A stretch of 64,000 nucleotides of DNA. It comes from an uncultured Candidatus Saccharibacteria bacterium (GTDB lineage Bacteria; Patescibacteriota; Saccharimonadia; Saccharimonadales; JAGQNJ01). The stretch covers positions 1,250 through 65,249 of the forward strand of contig CAZEED010000004.1 in assembly GCA_964510945.1 (NCBI GenBank). The letters run 5' to 3'. Shown one piece after another: positions 29,203 to 37,824 of the stretch. The notes beneath the pieces were generated by a model that was not told where the DNA came from, searched no databases, and saw only the letters and a list, made by a program, of their open reading frames with translations. The translations under genes and the position numbers were made by a program. The stretch's first letter is position 1. Each line of letters starts with the position of its first letter.

Positions 29203-29688
29203 TTATTTTTTGCCGCGTTTTTTAGATTTTTCGCCACGGTTTAAAACCCACAACGCAACTAGCTGAATCACAACCACCGCACCGATAATCGTACTACTAG
29301 TATTCAGAAGCTCTTGCCCCAGAGGATTTGAGGCAATTGTAGCTTGAACATTTGCTGGCAATAACGGTAAAGCAAAAGATGCATAAACAACACCTGTAAT
29401 AAGTAGCGGAATTAGGTTTAAGATATTTTTACTTATCGAGATCGTACCCTTAAGTATTAGCGCCGTTAGCACGATAGGCAATGTCAAAATAATCAATTCG
29501 GTGTATTGAGTAGTGTATGGATTGCGAAAGGCCTTTTCAGCCTCTACGATCGCATCCTGCCCAAAATATCTAGCAAGTAGCTCACCGGCCATTACGCTAA
29601 AGAAAATGTGTGGTGCGCTGACACGCATAAAGAATCCTAATAGTACCGGTACTGCAAGTAATCCGCCAACTATGATGTATGGAAGCAT
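29203..29688 (-). CDS. Polytopic membrane protein
   Basis: Four to five hydrophobic segments with a basic C-terminal tail. It is the last gene of the RimK-containing minus-strand string. Confidence 0.5.
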   Translation of the reverse strand: MLPYIIVGGLLAVPVLLGFFMRVSAPHIFFSVMAGELLARYFGQDAIVEAEKAFRNPYTTQYTELIILTLPIVLTALILKGTISISKNILNLIPLLITGVVYASFALPLLPANVQATIASNPLGQELLNTSSTIIGAVVVIQLVALWVLNRGEKSKKRGKK

Positions 29689-29712
29689 GGCAATATCATA
29701 TCATGCTTATGG

Positions 29713-30144
29713 CTAGTTAAGATTGACTCTTTGACCTACTTCAATCTTGGCCGATTCAGCGTCTCCGGCGTTAAGTTCAATAACGTATTTTGCTGGACCG
29801 TGACAATACTGATTAGGATAGGTTTCTGGACTGACATTCTGTTCTATAGCAATAATATTTTTCTCCGGATTTAACCAAATTATATCTAGTGCAAATTTCA
29901 TATCTTTCATCCAAATACACTGGTCTCTTTCATCTGGAAAAACAAAAATCATCCCAGAATTATCTTCTAGACCATCTCGTCCAGATAAGCCAAGTTGTAA
30001 TTTTTCAGCGGTGCTTACCCACTCAAGCTCATAATATTCTAAACCGATTTTAATCCCAGATTTTGGGCTATTAAATAACAAGGCGCCAATCACTACCAGT
30101 CCCAAACCTAAGAGTACTAATAGTGACCTTTTACGCGCCGACAC
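29713..30144 (-). CDS. DUF192 (COG1430) protein with signal anchor
   Basis: GLSGR..L...SGM.FVF......IWMKDM.F.LDIIW. pattern. Confidence 0.7.
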   Translation of the reverse strand: MSARKRSLLVLLGLGLVVIGALLFNSPKSGIKIGLEYYELEWVSTAEKLQLGLSGRDGLEDNSGMIFVFPDERDQCIWMKDMKFALDIIWLNPEKNIIAIEQNVSPETYPNQYCHGPAKYVIELNAGDAESAKIEVGQRVNLN

Positions 30145-31036
30145 GATCTTTTCGTTTTCGCCTTGATGCAGAATGTTCTATAGATTCAATAATTTTACCG
30201 GCAACATTTTTTCCAGACACAGTCTCTACACTAAACAACCCGGGGCTAGAGTTTACTTCTAGGACTAGAGGCCCACGATCTGAGCGCACCATATCTACAC
30301 CGCACGTAGGCAGGCCCATGGCGCTCGCTGCTTTTACCGCAGTTTTTCGTTCGTCATCTGTTAATTTTACCGAAACTGCTTCTCCTCCCTGATGCAAATT
30401 AGACCGAAAATCGTCATCAAGACTCTGACGCTTTACACCAGCAATAACTTTACCGCCGACTATCAATACTCGGATATCACTACCGTCTGCCTCGTCAATA
30501 TATTCTTGAACCAAAAAGTTAATTCCACCAACATAAAAGGCCTGCATTACCGCCTCGGCAGCTTTCTTTGTTTCGGCTAGCACTACTCCACGCCCGTGTG
30601 TACCTCTAGCCATTTTAATAATTAATGGTGCTCCACCGGCTAGTGATATTACATCCTCAAGATCAGCTGTCTCTCTAGCAAATACAGTTTTTGGGATGCC
30701 AACACCAGCGCGAGCTAAAATCTGAGTTGCCCGTAGTTTATCTCGCGTACGGTTAATCGCAAGCGAACTTGCACTAGAATGAATCCCCTGCATTTCAAAT
30801 TGACGGACCATTGCCGTGCCATATTTAGTCAGACTAGCAGCGATTCTTGGGATAATCACATCCACATGGCTCAAATCTTCACCCTCAAATTTAACAACCG
30901 GCATACTTCGCTCGATCGTCACATAACATTTGCCGTAATCAATTACACGAACATTATGCCCACGTTTTTTAGCTTCTTCTTTTAATCGTTTGGTCGAGTA
31001 ATTACCTGGGCCTTTTGATAAAATTGCTATATTCAT
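30131..31036 (-). CDS. rimK: RimK-family alpha-L-glutamate ligase (ATP-grasp)
   Basis: MNIAILS...; PLIIKMARGTHGRGV; DIRVLIVGGKV; GLPTCGVDMVRS..GPLVLEVNSSPG. Confidence 0.9.
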   Translation of the reverse strand: MNIAILSKGPGNYSTKRLKEEAKKRGHNVRVIDYGKCYVTIERSMPVVKFEGEDLSHVDVIIPRIAASLTKYGTAMVRQFEMQGIHSSASSLAINRTRDKLRATQILARAGVGIPKTVFARETADLEDVISLAGGAPLIIKMARGTHGRGVVLAETKKAAEAVMQAFYVGGINFLVQEYIDEADGSDIRVLIVGGKVIAGVKRQSLDDDFRSNLHQGGEAVSVKLTDDERKTAVKAASAMGLPTCGVDMVRSDRGPLVLEVNSSPGLFSVETVSGKNVAGKIIESIEHSASRRKRKDRVGA

Positions 31037-31536
31037 AATTCTTCTGGCCTCCCTTCTTCTTCGTCTTTCGGGAATTCGATATTATATGTCTTTTTTAATT
31101 CTACTCTATTTATATCGCTAATTGACGTATCTACCAAGAACCTACCACTTAACATTTTTCGTCCAAGCAAAATTGGATATATTTTTTTAGACCTATCGGC
31201 AAGTGTAAAAGTCGCAATAAATACTTTAGGCCCTAATTTTACGCGAAGCTTAACTTCATAGCGCTTTTCTCTATGACCAAAAGAATTTGATATCCAGACT
31301 TCATTAAAATTATCCGTCTCAATAGTTGTAGCCAAGGTCCCACACACAGGGTGTCCGCCTAATAGTTTAAAACTCAACGTTTTATTGTCATTCATCAATT
31401 TAATATTGCTCGCATGAACCGCTGATCGGTATGCTCCTGTATCAATCTTTGCGGGGATATCAGCAATATCATACCCCGTAAAGTGGAGTAGTTCTGCTCG
31501 ACCAATAACGATTTTTCGAAAGCTTGATTTTGCCAT
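31033..31536 (-). CDS. Retropepsin-like 'ATP-dependent zinc protease' family protein (PF05618/COG4067, RimB-like)
   Basis: AKIDTGAYRSAVHA contains the DTG signature. It overlaps rimK by 4 nt. Confidence 0.75.
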   Translation of the reverse strand: MAKSSFRKIVIGRAELLHFTGYDIADIPAKIDTGAYRSAVHASNIKLMNDNKTLSFKLLGGHPVCGTLATTIETDNFNEVWISNSFGHREKRYEVKLRVKLGPKVFIATFTLADRSKKIYPILLGRKMLSGRFLVDTSISDINRVELKKTYNIEFPKDEEEGRPEEL

Positions 31537-31616
31537 ATTAATGATCCCTTAATTAGTATAATACTAATGAATAATAATCTTGTAATATTCTACCACTTCT
31601 TATATAATAAGTCAAT

Positions 31617-32837
31617 ATGAAAAACACTTTCCTTATTGTTGGCCGTTCATTCTCGTCGCTGGTTAAATCGATAGAAGATCGAGGAGACGATTGGATACTT
31701 CTTAAGGACTCAAACTCTGCCAAACCTTTGAGAACAAATCAAATAAACGTAGATTTTGCTGACACAAAGAAGCTAAAGGCTGAAGTAACTAAACTAAAAG
31801 CTAAAGTTGATGGTGTCATCGCGATTTATGAAAATTACATTGTTGTCGCCAGCGAAATTGCCGAAATGCTTGGGTTACCTGCACAACCGCTTGAATCAGC
31901 TCGCGCCTGTACTGACAAAGAATTAATGCGTACGAAATTCTTAACAAGCAAAACCCCTATTAGCCCCGATTTCAAAAGAATAGCTAACATAGATGAAGCA
32001 TTACTTTTTGCAGAAGAATGCGGCTACCCCTTAATATTAAAGCCGGCAAACTTAGCAAAAAGCCTTCTGGTCTTAAAGTGCTCAAACCAGCATGAACTAA
32101 AAACAAACTACCTATCTATGGCTAACCAAATCAGCAAAGTCTACAAACAATATGCGCCACTTAAAAAACCAAAAATTATAATCGAAGAGTTCATGGAAGG
32201 CACAATTCACTCAGTTGATGGTTTTATCGACAATCAAGGTAAGCCAACAATATTACCAGAAATTGTTGATTACAAGACTGGTTACGACATCGGTTTTGAT
32301 GACAACTTTCACTATAGCCGTGTTTTACCCACAACTCTCACCCAAGAACAACAGGCTTCAGTGATAAAGACTGCAGAGCTTGGCTGTAAAGTATTAGGCA
32401 TGAAAAATTCTGCAGCGCATATCGAGATAATCATGACAAAAAAAGGACCACACATAGTCGAAATCGGCGCAAGAAACGGTGGCTACCGCGACAGAATGCA
32501 CAGATTGGCAAACGATATCGACTTACTAGATATCCAATTAGATATAAAATTAGGTAAGTCACCGAATATCAATATACTTACTCACCACCCAGTAGCGGTT
32601 TTAGAATTGTTCCCAAAAAAAGCTGGAATCTTTTCTGGAATCGATCACGAAAAAGAAGTTCATAATTTATCGTCACTAATCTACTTTAAGACCAAACAAA
32701 AAATCGGCGACTATGTCGGCAAAGCCGGCGATGGGTACAAAATGTGCGCCATTATAATCTTGCATAATCCAGATCCAAAACAATTTGAAAAAGACCTAGA
32801 TTTCGTCAACGATAGCGTCCGAGTTATTACAAACTAG
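31617..32837 (+). CDS. Second ATP-grasp carboxylate-amine ligase
   Basis: GYPLILKPANLAKS; IIEEFMEG; AAHIEIIMTKKGPHIVEIGARNGG. Confidence 0.8.
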   Translation: MKNTFLIVGRSFSSLVKSIEDRGDDWILLKDSNSAKPLRTNQINVDFADTKKLKAEVTKLKAKVDGVIAIYENYIVVASEIAEMLGLPAQPLESARACTDKELMRTKFLTSKTPISPDFKRIANIDEALLFAEECGYPLILKPANLAKSLLVLKCSNQHELKTNYLSMANQISKVYKQYAPLKKPKIIIEEFMEGTIHSVDGFIDNQGKPTILPEIVDYKTGYDIGFDDNFHYSRVLPTTLTQEQQASVIKTAELGCKVLGMKNSAAHIEIIMTKKGPHIVEIGARNGGYRDRMHRLANDIDLLDIQLDIKLGKSPNINILTHHPVAVLELFPKKAGIFSGIDHEKEVHNLSSLIYFKTKQKIGDYVGKAGDGYKMCAIIILHNPDPKQFEKDLDFVNDSVRVITN

Positions 32838-34152
32838 GGGCTAATCCTTTTTCTTTTATATACTTTTTATGAGTAGGGTTTGTGGGATCAGATTTTGCCT
32901 GCATAATATACTCAATTAATTTATCAGCTTTTACACCACTAGCTAAAGCTTTGTTTATAAAATTAACTGCTTTTACGTATCCTGCATAGTAATAGCTGTA
33001 CATGGTATATACCGCTTTTGAATCTTCGCCTCCGTCACCACCTCTAAAAATTCTATCAATGTGTGTCCATGTATCTTTTTCTATTGCTTTATGATCGACA
33101 GGTTTTCCCTTGATCTGATTCGCTAATATTTGACGATTATAGGCAAATTCGAACAATTCTTTCCTGCTTAACAAATAATTATTTGTCCCGAGCGCCAGCG
33201 CTATATCAATATATCGGTTAATAGCTTTTTCAGATCTTTCCCCAGATATAACGACCTCGGCAACAATACCAAGACCCTCTTCGAAAACACCATATTCAGG
33301 TAAAGTTTCCCGAAGAAGCCCATCGGATTGCCGTAAAGCATTAGTCGCTCTTAGGGCATGAATTAATAGTTCGTGGCCTAAAAGTTTTTTTACTTCTGAA
33401 GGGTATGCGCTACTTCTTCGTTCTCCAATTCGAATAATTTTCTTCTCTGGATCGATAGATAAGCCTGATTGATCTACTAGTTCAACCTCCCAAACTTCCC
33501 AATTAGGATCATCAGATTTGAGAATGTTAATAGCTCCTCTAAATATGCCAACTAGTTCTTTAGGTGTGTATGGTCTGTCCTCTAAACTATCGGCTATTTC
33601 CAATACTTTAGAATTAGTTTCACCCGAAAAGAAGGCTTCAACAGCTTCAAAAGCTTCATGACTAAGTTCTGGTATGGCTCCTTCTTCGCTGTGTCCAGCG
33701 ACATAATCATATACATCAATTACTTTACGTAGAATGTCCTAATCAACATCTGGATTGTCGACAAACTCTAATAACAAATTACGCTCATTAGCCGCAAGAC
33801 CTCGTACAACCTTTTCGTCTGGCTGACCATATAGCTCTATGCTTGCCTGAGTAAATCGTTCTTGCCATAGTCGTTCTTTTTCGGGGTCATCCCATGATTG
33901 TAGCCCTCGAATTGCAGTTTGTAATAAATATGTTTCGGCTAAACGTCGGGCCTGTAAAGACTCTTCTATATCACCTTCCGGTAGATTGAAAAAGGATTCC
34001 CAACGACCATCGAGATGCTTAGCTTGTCTATCAATTTCGCCACGTAACTTTCCGTACGTAATAGCACTGGAGCCGTCCTGATCGGGTGTTAAGCCAACAT
34101 TAACTTTGACTTCTGGTAAAGGTTCAATTTCTAGTAAAGATTGTGACATCAT
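32827..34152 (-). pseudogene. DUF1704 / MATCAP-like (HExxxH, QEGLA-like) putative metallocarboxypeptidase; one reading frame interrupted by a single TAG at 33739..33741
   Basis: ORFs 33739..34152 and 32827..33603 are in the same frame. The 45 codons between them (33604..33738) contain no stop. The downstream part has no ATG, and the tracked start is TTG. Motifs present: GHELLIHAL and FEEGLGIV. Confidence 0.6.
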
Positions 34153-34394
34153 TAAATATTATTATATCATAGTTGTATATTTTTGCAATGGCTTTTGGGC
34201 CTTTCAAGTCGACTTAATGACTCTTAGAAAAACAAAAATTATTGCAAATAAAAGCACCGAAATCATGAAGATCATTAGCGGTATAAAGCCATCTTGGTAA
34301 TCCTTCAAATTTTGCATATTTATGTACATTATAACCACAAGCACACACATGTTCATATATTGACTATTGTTAAGATTAGTGTTAATATATACAT

Positions 34395-35048
34395 ATGTCA
34401 TTTATTCCTACTATGGAACAACAGGAAGAATTTTTTCGCGGACCATTGAAGCGTTCAGAATTTGATGATCCTCTAGAAAAAGCCATCGCGGATGCAAAAT
34501 ATGAACATGCCCTTGCTTCATTTTCCAATTTTCTGCTACGAGGGGAGATAGACGAGCTTCAAGAGAAGCTTTATCGCGACAGGCTAACTAACGCACTAAA
34601 TCGTCAGGGCCTAGAAGACCAATATAACAACAGACAAACACCCAACGGAAGTATGCTCTTTTTAGATATCGATAGGTTTAAGGCTGTAAATGATACTCAC
34701 GGCCATCCTGTTGGCGATAAATTGCTAAGAGGTATCGTGGCTATCCTGAGTTCTGTACGTGACGAGGATCCTATAGCAAGATTTGGCGGTGATGAATTAG
34801 TTATTATGCTTGATGGTGCCCCAGAAGAAGTCGCATTAGAACGCGGAAGAATCATATGCGAGCTTATTGACGGAATTCAAGAAGTTGACTCTAGAGGTAT
34901 TGATATCTCTACGAGTGTGGGTATTGCATTATTCAATGATAATACTCCATTTGAAGAATTATATAGGTGTGGCGATCAAGCCCTTTACGCTGCTAAACAA
35001 GCTGGCGGTAACCAAGTTGTTACATACAGTGATTTGATTGCCAATTAA
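34395..35048 (+). CDS. Diguanylate cyclase (GGDEF domain, GGDEL variant, RxxD I-site)
   Basis: LTNALNRQGL...FLDIDRFKAVNDTHGHPVGDKLL...RDEDPIARFGGDELVIML. Confidence 0.85.
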   Translation: MSFIPTMEQQEEFFRGPLKRSEFDDPLEKAIADAKYEHALASFSNFLLRGEIDELQEKLYRDRLTNALNRQGLEDQYNNRQTPNGSMLFLDIDRFKAVNDTHGHPVGDKLLRGIVAILSSVRDEDPIARFGGDELVIMLDGAPEEVALERGRIICELIDGIQEVDSRGIDISTSVGIALFNDNTPFEELYRCGDQALYAAKQAGGNQVVTYSDLIAN

Positions 35049-35695
35049 AGAAGCGGCGAACCACCCTCTTCCGAAGAACCCGATGTTTCAAATAATGGTT
35101 TTGCATCCACTACAACCCGACCGTCAGCCTCACCGGCTAACGAACAAGTATATAGTGTCATTTTTGCCTCTTCGGTTTGATTTTCTATCTCTACAGCCGT
35201 ACGATCAACTGCATAGTTTTTGGTTACTTCGTACTCATACCATTTATCTTTGTAATAAACCTTTATTTTATCGCCTGGCTGAACTTCGTTTAATCTGTAA
35301 AATGGCGATTTTTCACGTGTACCTTGTGGGGTATAGCCTAAGAAAAACCTATGAGCACTTAGGATAAAGTTACCCCCAGTGGTCGGGCTACCACGATCCG
35401 GAAAACGCCACCAAACGCCCTTCTCTAGCGTACTGGCGTCTGTCCCTGTAAAAAATGGTACTTCCAAATTTATTCTTTCAATCTGAATACGATCACGATG
35501 ATCGTTAGCGTCATCCTGTGTATTAAGATCGATCTTTGAGGGAATCGTTGACGCTTTTGGTGATAAAGTCAGAAATAATAAATATATACCAGAGGCAAAC
35601 AATATTAACGCCAATATCAAGGCTAGTCTGCGTCGCCATATATTTTTTTTGACAGGTTTTTCGCCATGAACATACTGGACTTTTTCTTTTCGCAT
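35045..35695 (-). CDS. Sortase
   Basis: N-terminal TM; ILSAHR (His); TLYTCS (Cys); ...GRVVV (Arg region). Confidence 0.8.
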   Translation of the reverse strand: MRKEKVQYVHGEKPVKKNIWRRRLALILALILFASGIYLLFLTLSPKASTIPSKIDLNTQDDANDHRDRIQIERINLEVPFFTGTDASTLEKGVWWRFPDRGSPTTGGNFILSAHRFFLGYTPQGTREKSPFYRLNEVQPGDKIKVYYKDKWYEYEVTKNYAVDRTAVEIENQTEEAKMTLYTCSLAGEADGRVVVDAKPLFETSGSSEEGGSPLL

Positions 35696-35746
35696 GAGCC
35701 TATATTCTAACGATTTTTACATTGCTTCGCCAGCACAATTTTGATT

Positions 35747-36835
35747 CTATAAACCAATATCTCGCAACTGTTCGAATAGATGTTTTTGATGTTTATTCAG
35801 CTTCTCTGGAGTATTAACAATAATCGTAACTATGTGTGGCCCACGCGATTTTGAGCGAATATGAGGGACGCCATGATCAGATAATTTAAAGTCTGTACCG
35901 CTTTGAGTGCCAGCAGGAATCTTCATAGTAATTGGGCCGTCGACTGTGTCAACGTCAATTTCTGTACCGAGAGTTGCGTCAACCATACCGATAGTCTCTT
36001 CGCTAAGAATAATGTCACCTTCTCTTGTAAATTTTTTGTGTGGCTTTACACGCACATTAACATAAAGATCACCTTTTTCACCCCTAGCAACGGCTTCGCC
36101 ATGTTCACGTAACCGTATTGTTGCACCATCATCAATCCCAGCTGGAACTTTCAGCTTGATATCTTGTCGCTTTTGTTTGATACCCTTACCGCGACAAACG
36201 CTGCACACTTTTTCTGGGATTTTACCTGAACCCTGACATTCACTACAGATAGTAGCCTGTTGTATATTGCCAAAAACGGTTCGAGTAACCCTTACAACCT
36301 GTCCAGTCCCTTTACATGTTGGGCAATTCTTTAATTCGTAACCTGGCTCGACAGTAGAACCTTTACAGTGTTCGCATTCATCATCGATGTTCATGTTTAG
36401 ATCAATTTCTGTACCAAAGACTGCTTGATCAAAAGTTAGATCAACACTAGTTTGAATATCGTTACCGCGTCGTTGACGTTGGCTACCAGAACGTTGTCCG
36501 CCACCACCAAAAAAACTTCCAAAAATATCACCCAAGCCCAAATCACCAAAATCAAAGTGCATTTCTTGGCCTTGCCCGTAGCCACCAAATCCGCCGCCGG
36601 CCGGACCACCACCAGAAGCGCCACCAACACCGGCATGGCCGAACTGATCATAACGCTGGCGTTTGCTAGGATCTTTTAAGACTTCGTAAGCTTCGTTTAT
36701 TTCTTTGAACTTGGCCTCGTCACCACCTTTATCAGGGTGATGCTCAACAGCAGCGCGACGAAAAGCCTTTTTTATCTCATCAGCGCTAGCTGATTTGCCA
36801 ATTCCTAAGACTTCATAATAATCACGCTTAGCCAT
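35747..36835 (-). CDS. dnaJ: Chaperone DnaJ
   Basis: J domain with HPD, G/F region, and four CxxCxGxG zinc motifs. Confidence 0.95.
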   Translation of the reverse strand: MAKRDYYEVLGIGKSASADEIKKAFRRAAVEHHPDKGGDEAKFKEINEAYEVLKDPSKRQRYDQFGHAGVGGASGGGPAGGGFGGYGQGQEMHFDFGDLGLGDIFGSFFGGGGQRSGSQRQRRGNDIQTSVDLTFDQAVFGTEIDLNMNIDDECEHCKGSTVEPGYELKNCPTCKGTGQVVRVTRTVFGNIQQATICSECQGSGKIPEKVCSVCRGKGIKQKRQDIKLKVPAGIDDGATIRLREHGEAVARGEKGDLYVNVRVKPHKKFTREGDIILSEETIGMVDATLGTEIDVDTVDGPITMKIPAGTQSGTDFKLSDHGVPHIRSKSRGPHIVTIIVNTPEKLNKHQKHLFEQLRDIGL

Positions 36836-36844
36836 TAAATATTC

Positions 36845-37438
36845 CTATCCAAAATAATATTCTTGAAACTTTAAAAAGTACATCAGAGCCATAATCACAT
36901 ATGAGACAACAATTATATTGATATGATTCTTCTGGAAAAATGCCCCAGCTTTTTGCAGAGTCTTATTTCTAGACCCACTAGCGAAGTTGGCGAAGGTATA
37001 GACAAAGATTGGAATGCTCACAATCCAGCCAACCAAACAAAATATGCAAATCTTTGAGATGATGTATAGGCTGACACCAAAAAACCAAATACTAAATCCT
37101 AGCAAAACAGTGCTTAGAATCATAACGATATTTCTATATGCTCTATTGGGTTTTGTGCCACTGAGTATAAATACTCCACTGAGTGCCAAGCCGGCAAAAA
37201 CAATCATACCTATAAATGCGTTAGGGAAGCCAAACAATGCAGCTAACTTATTATTGAGGACTGTCCCGCAATCAATTATCGGATTAAGATTACAGCTTAA
37301 TGGAACGCTGGGATTTTTTAACATACTGATACGTTCACTAGCCTGCCAAGTCATGGCAACCATACCAGCAATACCCCCTAGACTTAGTACCCAAGCCCAA
37401 ATTTTTTGAAATTTTGATGTGTTTTGTAATGTTTTCAT
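36845..37438 (-). CDS. Vitamin K epoxide reductase (VKOR) family membrane oxidoreductase
   Basis: Loop cysteines C..NPIIDC and active-site CIFC in TM4; about five TM segments. Confidence 0.75.
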   Translation of the reverse strand: MKTLQNTSKFQKIWAWVLSLGGIAGMVAMTWQASERISMLKNPSVPLSCNLNPIIDCGTVLNNKLAALFGFPNAFIGMIVFAGLALSGVFILSGTKPNRAYRNIVMILSTVLLGFSIWFFGVSLYIISKICIFCLVGWIVSIPIFVYTFANFASGSRNKTLQKAGAFFQKNHINIIVVSYVIMALMYFLKFQEYYFG

Positions 37439-37515
37439 CGTTTTATTGTACCCCTTTTGCGATGTTTGATACGAAGGTTTATTTTTCTAGGTTTAATACT
37501 CCGTGATCTCTTGTA

Positions 37516-37824
37516 TTATTTTTGCCTTTCTTCGTGTAATCTATCGCGGTATATCTCCAAAGCTGCAGCTAACTCGTCCGGCAACAACATGTACTCATTA
37601 CTAATTTGAGCCAACAATTCAGTACCTCTTCCAGGGCCTTCTTCCGTATCAGAACAAAGTAGCCCATAAGCGTGTCCGAGCCTATAATCATCTGCAGCCT
37701 GTTCAATAGGATCATGATCCTGGTAGTTAATCGTTAAATGTTGGACCGAGGAATCCCATAAATGTTGTTCGTAATCAGATAATGGGTACCGTTCACTTGG
37801 TGGGACGCCAGCACTGTTACTCAT
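37516..37824 (-). CDS. Hypothetical acidic 102-aa protein translationally coupled to dnaK
   Basis: Its ATG overlaps the dnaK stop as TAATG at 37822..37826. No motif. Confidence 0.45.
   Translation of the reverse strand: MSNSAGVPPSERYPLSDYEQHLWDSSVQHLTINYQDHDPIEQAADDYRLGHAYGLLCSDTEEGPGRGTELLAQISNEYMLLPDELAAALEIYRDRLHEERQK

Noticed and set aside
33739-33741. Alternative genetic code (stop-codon reassignment) as the explanation for the in-frame TAG
   Set aside because: TAG, TGA and TAA all end well-recognised genes here (for example TAG at 2836..2838 and 29194..29196, TGA at the tsaE stop 1795..1797). The standard-code ORF track also gives full-length RecA, DnaK, FtsH and LepA.
34106-34401. 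Two overlapping ~65-aa ORFs in the spacer between the DUF1704 gene and the GGDEF gene
   Set aside because: This is an extremely AT-rich divergent promoter region. The peptides are Ile/Asn/Tyr-rich, as expected from composition alone.
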